NCBI RefSeq assembly: GCF_006345805.1
Contig: NC_042999.1
Coordinates: 165,354,001-165,418,000 of the forward strand
DNA length: 64,000 nucleotides
Source of the DNA: Octopus sinensis
Lineage: Eukaryota
Direction: 5' to 3'
The position numbers and the translations under genes are program-made. The notes below the pieces were generated by a model. It did no database searches. It was not told where the DNA came from and saw nothing but the letters and a program-made list of their open reading frames with translations. The stretch's first letter is position 1. Every line of letters starts with the position of its first letter. Positions 23,601-37,319 of this stretch are shown piece after piece.

Positions 23601-26111
23601 GTGACAGACAAGAAGCAAATAGGTGGGTGTAATAGATAAGTTTAGGTAGAAGAGGTGCATGTTCAATCAAACAGTGCTCATAACAATAAAAGACATACAG
23701 TGAGCACAGAACAACAATGCTACAGCAATTAACAATGTCAATGATCTTATCCAATGCCAAATATGAGGACAGTGTAACATGGAGAGATATTTGTTAAAGC
23801 TCAGTTCAGATCTGAAAGCCTAGTTTCAGATTCTTTGATTCTTAAGATGACAAAGTAAGCTTGGGAAACATGTCAGCACATTGGAGAAAACCAAGATCAG
23901 ATAAGCTGAAAAGAAGAGAAACCCATGGAAGTCCAGAGCCATCTGTGCATTAGCACAGGAGTTCAAACCACACCTGTCCAATAATGCTTTGTACCCATAT
24001 TGAACTTGTCAGCTATTCAGTTACAATGAGTCCACAAACTTATGAGTGATGATATGGCCATTGTCTATATGGATAGATGAACAGTCCCAAGAAATCTATG
24101 ATTAGTTCCCGATATAATCCATGAAAAGTTACTTTAACCAAGAGCTTATCTAGATACACTTCAAACATAAATATGAAATGTAATGGTTAAGAATCCTGAG
24201 GTTACAGGTGAAAACCATATATAAAAAAAAAAAAAGCAGATCAGTGGTTGTAACTTCACAGAACCTATCCTTATGGGTAACAGAGGAAGAAATTGTTTTT
24301 AGCAGACAAAAAGCCAGAGTTTTTTTTTTTTCTAGTGAGCAAGAAATAATGTTAGTCAAATCAACCCCAGTTTTTGGCAGATGTTATATTTTATCAACCC
24401 TTCAAGGATGATAGGTGAAGTCGATGCTGGCTATATTTGAACCTTACAAAAGAGAAAAGTGAGAAAAACATGTTTATAATTATTGATAATGATTTCCATT
24501 CAAATCTTTCAATCGAATCAGAGACACTTTAGACAGAAAGAGAGGCAGTTAAGTCATAACTGTTTTCAATGTAAACTGAAATAAATGAAGTGAAACCATC
24601 TAAAAAAAAAATTTTTTTAAAGGGATGACAGGGGCTAAAATGAACTGAATTGTCAAATATATGGAGAGCTTTATACTGATTGAAATTTATTAATTAGTTG
24701 GAGCAGCTTTAAGAGACTACATAGAAACTTATTGCCATATTGATTTATACCTCAGTATAAAGTAGTTAATGCTAATTGCCTCAGAAAGCCTAGTCAATAG
24801 CAGGTTCTACAACTTCACTTAAGTATTTAGATACAGAATTAGCACCTAATATACAAAGCATATACTCTAGCAACAGGGGTCAGCACTAGGAAGTGCATGG
24901 CTCAATTAGAGACCTGTCAGTGGGGCACTGTACAAGAGCTGAAGATTGGTGTTTTATGCTTCCTGTAGTCTGCCATTCCCAGTCAAAATGCATTGGGAGC
25001 TTGAGGCTCCATCATTAACCACAATGGTATACTACAAATTCATCATAGTGACCTCCACTTGAGCATGTGCACTGGGCCCTCTTTTGGTGCAGAGCCCAGT
25101 TTGAACAAATTTGGTTAACTGGTTTAAAACCGGTCCCGCTAGCAGTGACGATCTTAAGAAAAGTCCAAATTTGAAGAAATAATAGCATAGAAAAACAATA
25201 AAAAAGAATACCCCTACAGAGGACATTCTTCAGTCTATAACAAAGTTATCAATTTATTAATATGCACAATGATTTGACTGAATAAAGAATATCATCAATT
25301 AAAGTTCTTCAATTGAAATAAAATTTAGTTAACTAAGCCTAAAACATTAAAAACAGTTGCACCATTCACACACTATTTTTAAAACAACAAAATATCAGCA
25401 AAATCTACAAAAATGCTAAAACCTTACAACCTTACACTGTATTGAGAAATAAAGTGATTGGGGCTTCTATACTGACTCAGCAATATTCACCCCATAAATT
25501 TCAGTATAAAGTAAGGCTACTTTACTCTCACACTCATACAATTTGGCTGTTTCTGGTTATGTGCATATTAAACAGTGAGTTGTTACTTAAGTACAGGGTC
25601 AACTATACATAGGAATGGTTAATGAAGAGAAACCCCAGCACATTGCAGGAGCCAATTTCATCAGCTCCAGTGAGAAATAATGCAATGTTGGCCAAAGGAA
25701 CATCAAAAGCAATGAAACTAAATTCTGTCATAAACTGAACCCTGTGCACAATGTCATGCACCTTCACATCCTTTAACTCATTCAGTCATTCCATAAAGCG
25801 CTCTGTTGCAACAAAACCAGTCAAATCGTATGAAACCTACTGACTCAAAGTTTGAAGAAATTTATTTAGGTATTTACTCAGATCACTTGGCAGCTTAAAA
25901 ACACTAAGACAATTGCTTAGTTCATGGAGAATAAAAAATATGGCATCAAAGTGTTTTGTTCTTTATGAAAGATTGTTTACAAATAAACTAAGAAACAAAC
26001 ACCAAATACCAACAACCATGTTTTATGAATACAGAAAGTACAAAATAACGATGATTTGATGATTTAATCTGTTAATGAGGAGTGATAAGAGGCTTCTTTG
26101 ATTCTTTGCAT

Positions 26112-26305
26112 TTAAGTGAAATTAAGCTGATTTATAAGGTTTGCAACAACACAGCCAAAGGTACTCATAACTGTTGGTAACTCTTGACCTTCCATCCATA
26201 CTTCTTGACCATTACTGTCCTCTTGTAACCAGCAAAGGCCTGCCATCCAACTCTTGTCATCTTCACCGCCCACAGTTAACACTTTACCGTCGTAGCTGAC
26301 ACAGC
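26112..26305 (-). CDS. Kelch-like gene terminal coding exon (CVSYDGKVLTVGGEDD...STFGCVVANLINQLNFT*)
   Basis: Acceptor tcttacatccag|GC; 194 nt to TAA at 26112-26114; last kelch blade and closing strand. Confidence 0.92.
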
Positions 26306-27019
26306 CTGGATGTAAGATAGAAAAGATCTCAAGTCAGAATTAGTTTCATCAAAAATAGAACAATAATAAAGTCATTAAGAATATTAAATAGAAGTATCTC
26401 AATTACAATTTTAACATTGGATGCAGTTATAACTATTCGTATTTCTACCATTAATTTTATACTAACTAGCACAACTGAGTAATAAAACAGACAGTATTAT
26501 TAATATTTTTCAGATGAAAATTTCATAAATTTAGTAAACAACATTTTTTCTAGATTATCTAATTCTTAATCCCAGAGTATTTTTTTTTCCAGTAATACGA
26601 GAAATATTAAAGTTTATATTTTAGACATCTAGGTTAATTTTATTTTTTCCAGAAGATTTTTCTTTTTCTTTGAATATTTATGTATCCGGAAAAAATAAAA
26701 ATATAATTGAGAACTGATGCAATTACCTCCCTTAGAGTATCTTAAAGAGTTACAAAACGATGCATTGGGCAGCAGAACAGACTAAAACAGTCATTACATT
26801 TAGAGTTCAAATAAGTACAGTGGATCAATTTATAACCTCACCCAAGAAAGTTGTGGCCTTGCACCTAATTTGTAGGGAATTAGTGTAGTTTTTGGTATTA
26901 AAGTAAACTTATAAAATATCTACTAAATATCTGGCCCTTTATTTCTTTGACCCCTTCCCATGCCAGCTTTATCTTTCACCACACTCCTATCTACAGACAG
27001 GAAACCAAATCAGCAAACA

Positions 27020-27087
<68 letters not shown>

Positions 27088-28485
27088 ACAACCTATACTG
27101 GACAGGGCTATGTAAATGAGCGAAAGCTGACAGTCAAAATGTTTAATATACTATTTTAAATTATATGATTGCAGTAGCCTAAAACAAACATCATGAGACA
27201 TGGTTTCAATAAAAATACTGTGTGAATGTGTGTAGTTTATTTTGCTAGTTTTATTTGATTACTTTGAGAGAGACCAACTTGAGGAGTGTTTAATCTTGAA
27301 GACAGCGATACAATCCCAACAGACAAGCTATTTTTAGAAAAAAGGAGATAGACATTTTTTTCTTTTTTGTATGAAGAAAATGTTAGTTTTAATACAATAC
27401 GTTACTATGTCAACTTCATAACAGCAATTAGAAAATATATTATAGCCAAAGGCTGATTTCTAATACAGAATCAAATCACAATACTGAATTTTGTCAGTTT
27501 TTTTTTTTGCTTTTAAATATTTTTAGCCAAAAGGTCAGCCCCACTGACCTTTGTTAGCCTTCCCAAATTGATGAGGTCAATATTCCACATGAATTTATGT
27601 TTTGGAATGTATACAAGAAAAACATGAGTGGGAGATTAGTAGGGAATGGAGCATTCGTGCCCATAAAGACACTGAGACTAGTGAAAATTTATGTGGCTTC
27701 AATAGTTATGGGTTAATCTTAACAGAAAAGATGCTGGCAAGAAGGGAAGTACCAGCAGTGATGGGTAACCCAAGACCTATGGGACTTACTGGATGGCAAC
27801 ATCTAACAAAAAAATTAACTTGAATTCTAGTAGTAGTGCAGCTCATCTAAAGTTAAGCAAAGTTTCATGTGGCTCACTTTTCAAAATAGGTTGCTCATGC
27901 CTAGGTCGCAATTCCAGGAAGGAAGACTTGAAAAAGTGCTTAATCAGGGTTCTGATAGGTCAGATATAATGGTAATAATCACTACTATAGGCACAAGGTC
28001 TAAAATTTGGAGAAAGTGAGTTAATTACATCAACTCCATTACTCAACTGGTAATTATTTAATCAACCCCAAAAGATGAAAGGCAAAGTTGACCATGACAA
28101 AATTTGAACAGATACAGTGATAATGTTAGTAAGAAATGGAATGGCATCGACTGAAAGATGCACACACCTAAATAGTTCAGAGGAACAGCAGCAGAAGTTG
28201 GAAAATCAGTAAAAGAGACAAAGAAGAAACGGTGTGTGTGTGTGTGAGCCAGCAGCTGGTGTGTGAAGAAATAGTATGTAAGTAGAAGAAACTGCATGTG
28301 TATCTGATTAGTTGTAGTTTGTCAAGTGAAAACAAAAGCAGTTTGGAGTAGTTTAATATATGAACGATTGTTAATCAGGTGATTAGCATGTTCTTGGAAA
28401 TGGTCTAGAATGTGTGTGTGTGTATGCTTGCATAACATCATTGCCTTAGATACATAAGTTGTTTAAAGGCTCAATTTACACATAC

Positions 28486-28623
28486 CAGCTCCACATAATG
28501 CATTTGGTAATTCAGGCCCCATTGACCACGATTCTGTCTCTGGATCAAAGATTTCCACAGAACTAACACAGTGTTCTGGAATGAATTCCCTTCGCCACTT
28601 TTCGCTAACAGCAGCATTGCCTC
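28486..28623 (-). CDS. Kelch-like gene coding exon 5 (GNAAV...VEIFDPETESWSMGPELPNALCGAG)
   Basis: Acceptor tttatcttcag|GA; donor GCT G|gtatgt; 138 nt; overlaps ORF 28463..28648. Confidence 0.93.
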
Positions 28624-29068
28624 CTGAAGATAAACAAATTGAATCCAATTGTTAATACAAGTCAAATTATGAATTATATAAAATGACAATGATCAAACTT
28701 GTCAACCTCTTTGGTATGGATGGAATGCTTCTAGAAATTCAAGTATTTGTAGTTATCTGAGTCAGTGCTGATTTAGCAGGCCTAATTTTTTTTTTAAAGC
28801 AAACCTAAACAATCTAGTCTTTCATTCAAGTTTACTGTATCATTATTCAATGATACGGTATTATTCAATGTTTTATTTGAAAAACAGTAGGATACAAGTC
28901 AAAAGAGTTTTGGCAACTATTTCTAGCAGACCAAGTGTTTATAGAAATTGAGGGAGAATGTTTAGTAGCTGAAGGTATTAACTGCTGTTTAACTAATCTG
29001 TATTTGTACCAAAAAGGTCATGCAGGTACTAAATTAGACGTTTAACTCTAGGTATGGTAAGATCTCAT

Positions 29069-29380
29069 CTCATCTTTTACTTGTTTCAGTAATTTGACTG
29101 TGGCTGTGCTGGGGCACTGCCTTGAAAGGTTTTAGTTGAACAATTTGACACCAGGACATTTTTTTAAAGCCTGGTACTTATTCTATTGGTCTCTTTTGCT
29201 GATCTAACACTGGTTGTCAAGTAGTGAGAGTAGGGACAGAAACAAAGACCCACACCCACACACACAGAGGCTTCTTTCAGATTCCATCTACCAAACTCAC
29301 TCACAAGGCTTTGGTTGGTCAGAGGATATAGAAAACCCTTCCTGAACCAGGAAGTAAGCTTCTTACTACACAGCCATGCC
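29069..29380 (-). mobile_element. Decayed CORE-SINE in kelch intron
   Basis: Tail ttttacttgtttcagt, cctggtacttattctat, ggcttctttcag...ctacc. Confidence 0.8.
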
Positions 29381-29549
29381 TGGGACAATATGAATAAACA
29401 GAGGTGAATTGTATAGGAGTGTTAGTGTTTTACCACGCAGAGGTAAAAAAATAGGACCAGTAAAGAAAAATCCATCAAATTTGACCACCCAATTTACCAG
29501 ACAAATTTTCCCATAAACCTTTCTTTGAAATAGAAAAATATATATTTAA

Positions 29550-29753
29550 CCCAGCCATATCTAGCCAAAACATTTTACCAGTTTTATGTTAAAAACTGGC
29601 TAGATCTAGCCTCTCACACCTACTCTATAATGTAAGTCTAAAAATAATCGCATCTTTGAAATCTTGAAGCTACAAAATAATGCAGGATTAATTCAAAACA
29701 ATGTGTGAATAACTAAACATTGCATTTGATAGAGTAATCTGAATGCTAAAGGG
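29550..29753. mobile_element. TTAA-flanked CCC...GGG MITE (piggyBac-type ends)
   Basis: TTAA 29546-29549 |ccc ... gaatgctaaaggg| TTAA 29754-29757. Confidence 0.75.
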
Positions 29754-30324
29754 TTAAATTCTAACTTGCTGGACAGCAAAGCTTTGGATGTGACACAACT
29801 AGAATATGTAAAGCAAAGACAGAACTGAATTCAGTTTAACACACATCTATAATGATTACAATCTGCCACACACACACTATCATTTCAAATAGCAATGGTC
29901 TCTTGATCTTTTTTAGCTCCAATTTAGCACTAATCTATAATCTTATTTTTCAAGATTATCCAGTCTAACAATTTTTGTTTTTTTTCCAAAGATGACAGTG
30001 TACTTTGAGGGAGATTTGGCTGCTACTCCTAGCAGAACAAACAACCACATACAAGTTCCCTCATAGGCTTTTCATAAGTGAAAAAAACGGTTTCAAATTT
30101 TGGCACAAGGCCAACAGTTTGAGGGGAGGAGGCTAGTCAGTGATAATGAGCACAGTATTTGATTGGTTCGCATTCTATCAACTCTCAAAGATAGACAAAC
30201 ATGAAATACAGGGAAAAAATGAAGCAGACAAAACCCCAGGATTGAGATGCCAGCAAAAATTTCTCAAAATGCTAAAAAAAATTTTGTTATGAATTAACTG
30301 CTAAGACCAAGAAATTATCAAACA

Positions 30325-30680
30325 GGCACAGACATAGCTGTACGACAGGAAGCTTGCTTCCCCACCATATGGGTTGGGGTTCAATCCCACTGTGTGGCAC
30401 CATGGACAAGTGTCTTCTATAGCCTTGAGCCAACCAAAGTCCTGTAGATGGATTTAGTAGACAGAAACTGAAAGAAGGCCAACAAATGCATGTCAGTGTT
30501 TGTTCCCCCTCCCCTACTGCTTGACAAGTGGTGCTAGTGTGTTTATGTCCCAGAGACTGATAGAATAAGTACTAGACTTTAAAAAGAGAAATAGTACTGG
30601 GATCAACACATTCAACTAAAATTTTTCAAGGAAGTCCTTCAGTATGTCCACAGTCTAATGACTGAAACAAGTAAAAGATA
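30325..30680 (+). mobile_element. Full-length, CpG-decayed CORE-SINE
   Basis: Head, core caagtgtcttctat and tail gactgaaacaagtaaaaga are present; CG sites read TG/CA relative to the 13621 copy. Confidence 0.85.
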
Positions 30681-31001
30681 TTAGACACTTTAAGCACTTA
30701 CTGATGAATGAAAGTAAAAACAGATTTAATGACAACTCAAATGACATAACCAAGTAAGCATATCACTGGCTGAAGTAATCAGTAACAGTTACCTAATAAG
30801 TAATAACATGTGTTTCGAGTCACATCCATGACAGTTTTATTTTTGTCTGGCCAGCAAAAAGACTGATTAAATTCACTTTGCAACAATGGGGTTTCTGGTT
30901 TGATACAAATGTACAGCAGTTTGGGCAAGTCTTCTGCCATAGCCCTAGTTCAGTCAGGAGAGTAAAATTTAGTAGATGAATATTCAATGATTATAACTCA
31001 C

Positions 31002-31102
31002 CTATAACATAGATTTTATCCTTATGTACAACACTTCCACAGAGTGCTCGTGGACTGGACATAGATGGTAGCTCTGTCCAAACATTGGATTTGGGACAAT
31101 AT
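31002..31102 (-). CDS. Kelch-like gene coding exon 4 (YCPKSNVWTELPSMSSPRALCGSVVHKDKIYVIG)
   Basis: Acceptor tttacttgcag|A TAT; donor ATA G|gtgag; 101 nt; resolves the phase mismatch between exons 3 and 5. Not in the ORF track. Confidence 0.93.
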
Positions 31103-31248
31103 CTGCAAGTAAATTTAGTTTAAGAGAACATAAAAAGATGTTCTTTTATCATAAGGTAGTTGAATGAGAAGAGAAAATGCTCTGACATTTTAAAGGCCCA
31201 TCAAAATTTGGAAAATGGGAATTCCTTGGGGGAATAAGTAGTAATCTA

Positions 31249-32445
31249 TGGTGGGCTGAAAAGTTCATAGGATGACTATGAAGAGGTGATGATAGAGCTA
31301 TGGAATTTCATTTCCCTTATTAAAATTGCATTGTTTGTTTCCAGGTAAACTGACATTTCACTCTTCAAAGAAGACTTCAAACATAACTAGTAGCAACTTC
31401 TCTGGAAAATAGAAAAAATTCGGCATTGTGGTGTTATTAAGTACTTGTAGGAAAAATGGTTTAGCCCTCAAGGACATCCATGTTGATATGGTCGCTACAT
31501 TAGGGGGTGATGCTCAACCATTATCAACAGTGCAAAAGTGGGCAGCTGAATTTAGGAGAGGAACAGATTCTTGAAGACAAGCCACAGTCTGGACATCCTG
31601 AAACAGGTACCATCAAGGAAAACATTGACCATGTTCACCACATGCTGATGGATGACAGGCAATTAACTATAAATCAAATAGCTAACGTTATTAGCATATC
31701 CTGTGAGAGCATTTAGAATATTCTGCACAAAGAACTTGGCATGATATAGGTTTCTACTTGGTGAGTGCCATGTCTTCTGATACCTGATCAAATCATGGGA
31801 AAATTTGACATTGTTTCAGGCAGATCCAGCCGGTTTTGTTGAACATTTCCTAAGCCAGGATGAGTGTTGACTTCATCACTTTGAGCCGGAGACAAAGAGA
31901 CAAACCATGGAGAGTGGAAACACCTATCTTCATCCACCCCAAATAAGACCAAGGTCATTTCATCTGCAGGGAAAATGGTGGCCTCAGATTTTAGGGATGC
32001 AAAAGGCATAGGGTTCATTGAATATCTTCAAAAAGGCCACATCACCAATGGAGATTACTACGCCAACTTGCTGAGATAGTTACGAAAGTTAATCAAGACC
32101 AAACGCCCGGGAAAACTGACAAAAGAGGTTTTGTTTTGTCAGAACAATGCTCCAACACACAAGTCCTTCGCTTCAATGGCTGCTGTGTGTGACTGTGGCT
32201 TTGAACTGGTTGATCACTCTCCTAATTCTCTTGATTTGGCCCCATTTCAATATCGTCTGTTCCCCCAACATGGAAAAACACTTAGTTGGGAACCAGTATT
32301 GCAGTGATGACATATCTGCTGTTGATGACTTTTTCCAAACAGGATGAAAGTTTCTTCCACCAATGGGATTCAAGCACTTCAACACTGATGGAAGAAGTGT
32401 GTGGACTGCAAGAGGGGACTACATTGAAAAATAAACCTCATGTTC
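31249..32445 (+). mobile_element. Mariner (DD34D-type) transposon relic
   Basis: TA|tggtgggctgaaaagttcatagg TIR-like start; TVQKWAAEFRRG, SGHP, VPCLL (WVPHLL), DEC.LHHFEPE, QNNAPTH, SLDLAPFQY (SPDLAPSDY); many stops. Confidence 0.93.
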
Positions 32446-34399
32446 AAATTTTTTTAGACGACTTAACACTGATAAATATATTTTATAAACTATTAACTCC
32501 TTCTTTAACTTCTATTGTCTTCAAATACTGAGACTGAATTTGCAAGCATTTTCTTTACATCCTCAGGTCAGACTTGTTCAATTGAACCTATGACCAAAGA
32601 TGTTCTAGGCATGACTATACAGTTTTTTTCAGATAGTGTATCTTAGATTACATTCTTTAGCATGGCCTTCGTTTTTCTGGTAGTTCCTGGCATGGAATAG
32701 GAAGACAATCTATGCTATGCTGAAGATGCAAGATCACCAGGGAAAATCTTCAGTGAAGACAAGTTCTAGCATTTGTAGCAACTTTAAAGATTTTAGTTGC
32801 ATATTGTTCAGGGTGGGGGACACAGAGTTAGAAGAATGTTTCTTTGATATGTGAACTGACTGTTCCTAATAGACAACATTGAAATAACCCATAAAACAAT
32901 AAGGACTAAAATATAGATTGCCTTTATCAATGATAGATGGATTTGAAAAACGATTTGAATAAGATAAGACTATTAAAATAACCGAGTGTGCAATAAATGA
33001 GCTCAGTGCAAACACATAATCTACATTGTGCTTTACATATAAAAGGATATGGTAGAGAGAGTTAAGCTGAACTTTTGTATTATAATTACAGGGGTATATT
33101 TATATAAACACTATTGTTCATATTCAATATTTATAAACATTCAATACTTTTTATAAAGACATATGTGTATATTATGCACAACAATGTGTGAATCAGAAAA
33201 ACTGAAATAAATTTCACTATTACAAAGCCTGTCTGTGGGTGAAATCAGAATGTGTCCACATTCCATCTAAGCTATTGTGTGCATACACATCAAAAGGCAC
33301 AAAAGGAATGTGTTTAGATTCTAGTTTCAGCCACAAACAGGATTTATAATCATGAAATCACACACAAACTGAATAGACACAAATATTGAAGCCTGGGACA
33401 CTGTTCCTTCCCACACAACTACCATTATTACTTCAACCATTATGGTTCTCAGACATTTACCATTTCTACTACAATATTTCTTTCCTCGAATCTTCACTCC
33501 CAAAACACAAATCCCGTTCCAATGTGACTGCATCTCTACCTCGAACCAGCATTACTTTGCTTCACTCCCAACATCTGGGGCTAAATGCTTTACCTGCCAG
33601 ATTCTTTCCTAAATGGTATATTTCTCACTCTTTTCTACCCATAGCACAAACTTGCAAAAGCACAAACTAAATGCTAACCTATCAAAACCATCACTTTTGG
33701 TCAAGCAAGTGAGTGAGTGAATGAATGTGTCATGAGCCATGGTCTGTGTTGGCATGAATTGGGTAGTTTGACAGGTTTCTATGGTTAGAGGACTGCATCC
33801 TACTCCAATATCAGCTTCGACAGGGATTCAGTAGCTGAATTCTCTTCATGCTAACCATTTTACTTAGAATGTTGGGTACTCTACTCATGGCACCAGCACT
33901 AGTGAGGTTGTCATGGTTAGCAAGACTTGTATATCAACTTCAATCGACTGGGACTACAGTAGCAAGGGAGGTTGTTTTATCGTAGGAGATGAAACAATGT
34001 TTTTACAGAAATTTAAAATCTTTTTTCTCTCAGCATTTCATAAAAACGCTTTTCTTTTTTAAGGCAGAAAATTAAGCTTCGGCACCAAATGGTTAACCAT
34101 GTTCACCTCATTCATTCTTAGACTTCTTGTTAATTTTTGAATTAATAATGAAGATTTTTTCAGACACTCCAAGGAAAATGAGATGAATGTTCTTATATCC
34201 AATTTCAGAGAAAACATTCATGGAGAAGGAATTCTATAAAGTAGCTAAAATGAATTAAGTGAAATGGCTCGTTTGAGTAATGAAACTGCATCACAAACAT
34301 GACTTTCTAAGAATTAATCACCATCCTATAATGCAGGAATGAAGAGAATATTAAGATTCATTATCAGAAACAAAATTTATACAGCACACAGGTTCTTAC

Positions 34400-34597
34400 T
34401 TGTAAGCTTTGTCACTGATTTTGACGTTGTTTTCACCACCAAATACATACAAATTACCACGAAAGGCAACAGATGCGAGACAGCGTAGAGGTTGTGGAAG
34501 ACTTGCAACAGATATCCATTCATTGGCCAGGAAATTATACTGTTCCACACTGCTTAATACTTCTGTTCCATCTTGGCCCCCAATAGCGTACATGTAG
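34400..34597 (-). CDS. Kelch-like gene coding exon 3 (YMYAIGGQDG...VEQY...W...NLYVFGG)
   Basis: Acceptor tgtcttcag|C TAC; donor TAC AA|gtaag; 198 nt; overlaps ORF 34396..34593. Confidence 0.95.
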
Positions 34598-37319
34598 CTG
34601 AAGACAAAAAAGGAAAATAAGATTATAACCTTAAATAACTATAGGAAAACCATACATGTAAAATAATGATGGATGACAACAAGGAAACCTGTGTGCAAGA
34701 AGACCCCATCCTCCACTGCAGAAGTGTTAATGTTGCTCTCCCTGTTGAAGAGGATTGGCCTGCAAGAATCGAATGTCAGTGACATGTAAAAAGCACTCAT
34801 GCCAGCACTACATGTAAGCAGTCATGCCAACCACTGTAAAGTGGTTGACATTAAGAAGGGTCCCCAATGGTGGAATCCAAGCCAAAACAGACAACGGAAC
34901 CCGACGATGCAGCTCTCCAGTTGGCCAGCTCTGGCCAACTTGTCCAACCCATGCCAGCATGGAAAACAAAGGATGATTATGATTAAGCTACTATGAATAA
35001 CAGCTAAATCTCATTCAAATCACACTGTCTTCAAATAAATACAATGGATGATTTTATGATAGATACTTCAAATTTGAATAAAAGATGGGATAGTCACAAT
35101 TGAAATATAGTTATCCTGGAATATAGCCAAATAATAACAATGGATCAAAGGAAACAAACAGCGGAACTAATAAATTGTTACGTAAAATTAACTGGTTCTT
35201 GGTTTTGCTTATTGCCTATTGTTTTTAGGACTAGCAAGCATTAACTGACAAACTCGCCTTTGAACAATACAACTCTCAGTAATTCCTAAGTTGTTTTTCA
35301 TTGTACAGCCGTCAGAAGCACCATTATTTCATTTGTCAATTCTGCCTGCTTCAGGATAGCCTCCATGGATAACAGATGTTAAAGGATGATGATAATTTTA
35401 TACACGCACGCACGCACACACGCGCACACGCGCACACGCACGCGCACGCACGCGCATGCACACACACACGCACACACCACGCACACACACACGCACACAC
35501 ACACGCACACACACACGCACACACACACGCATGCACGTGCACACACACAAATATATATTAGCATCAATATCTTTATACAAACATTTTTAAAAGAGGATAT
35601 AAACTGCTCATCATCATCCAGTAGCACTGCTCGCATGGAGTCCCATGACTGTCACCACCCAATTCTATTATTTATATTTGAATTGATAGCTTGAGTCAGA
35701 GTGAATCTTTCATTAACTGATTACGCAACCATGGACACCATTCCTTTGGATGTGTTGCAGTTACTCTCTTGACAGAACTTGGTGATCCTGACCACGGACC
35801 CAAGACAACTCCACTCAGCATCAAATTAAGAAACAATGTAGGCTCAGTTGAGCTCTTCCACTGTCACTTCCCAATCAGCCATACTGCAATCCCATGATGT
35901 ATCCTTGGCAGGGTGGCCAAATGGGTGCCACATCTTGCCAAACAGCAACTTGTAGCTATGCAGGGTACAGCTGTCACTGTGGGGTATTTTCAAAATACCT
36001 AGATATCCACATCCTTAATAAACTACAGAAATCATTTAAAATTAAAATACAACTTTGCAGTTTAGTTTATCAAAATATGCAAACTTGAACATAAAAGATT
36101 TGGCTGCCATTTCTAACAGTAGTGTGACCGCAAAAACTCCTTCAGTGTAAATTTAATGTAAATTTTTGATGTGTAATATAATGCTCATACACTGAGGTAA
36201 TTGTTGGCTTTGGATCCCTCAAGTTCCAACATTTTTATTCCCTCAAATGTATATTCTTTATATTAGCTTTTTATTTTGTTTAAAGCAGATGGTTACATAA
36301 ACTTACACCCAATTATAAATCCATATCCAATACATATTAGAAAAAAACAAGATAAAAGAAATAAGAGGATGAAAGGCATATTTCAGGTAGGTGGTGATAT
36401 ATTGAATGTTGTCTGCAAAAAATTGTTAGTGAAACAAATACCTTTTATCCAGAGTAATTCATTCTCTTCGCTGTCAAATTACTGATACGTATATCCACCC
36501 ATACATAATGTATTTCTCATTTAAGACAACTAAAATTAACTTTTAATGGTCATTACATTGAATACATTAAAGCAATGGATTGCCTTTTTTTTTTTTTTTC
36601 CACGCAGATGATGTCTAATTTCTAAAATGTTTTCCTATACCAATAAATGTATACTCATGTACAGCTGGTTATTTTATACTGCAACTAGTAAACAACAGAG
36701 AGGCAATGTTTATCCCCACTTAAAAATGTTCTGTTAGAATAAATCCAACTGCAGTAGATGCCCTGAGGGAAACTCAAATATAGGCTGTTGGTACGAATTA
36801 CACTTATATAAATAGTGCGAGTGGAGAGATAAAAATCCCTGCTATCTCCCCCATGATACCTCTCGTTATTAATATTGCCTCTGTTGCTAATATATATATT
36901 TTAAAGAAAGTCACTGGCTAATTGTGACACAAGCACCTGTTCTGCCACGGTTTTTCTATATATCACTGGTAGGAAGTGTGAATCACTACTGTCTCTAGCA
37001 GTCAGGCAACTATCATTGACAAGACCAAGGAAGGTCAAAATCACATGCTCTGGTGGTCTCGGTGCTGGACTGGGGTGGGGATTTATCTCCCTGCTTGTGA
37101 TATAACCAAGAGTGCATTTTGCACCAAAATGCCAATACAGTTTCATGGTATCTACCACAAAACATCCACATTTAAGTGTGGATAAATATTTATCAATGAT
37201 GGTATATTTATATATTCATTTATATGAGAATGAATTACTCTGGATAAAAGGTATTTGTTTCACAAACAATTTTTTGCAGACAACATTCAGTATATCACCA
37301 CCTACCTGAAATATGCCTT

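Noticed and set aside
31249-32445. Domesticated mariner (SETMAR-like) gene
   Set aside because: Multiple stops and frameshifts, catalytic motifs altered, no fusion exon seen.
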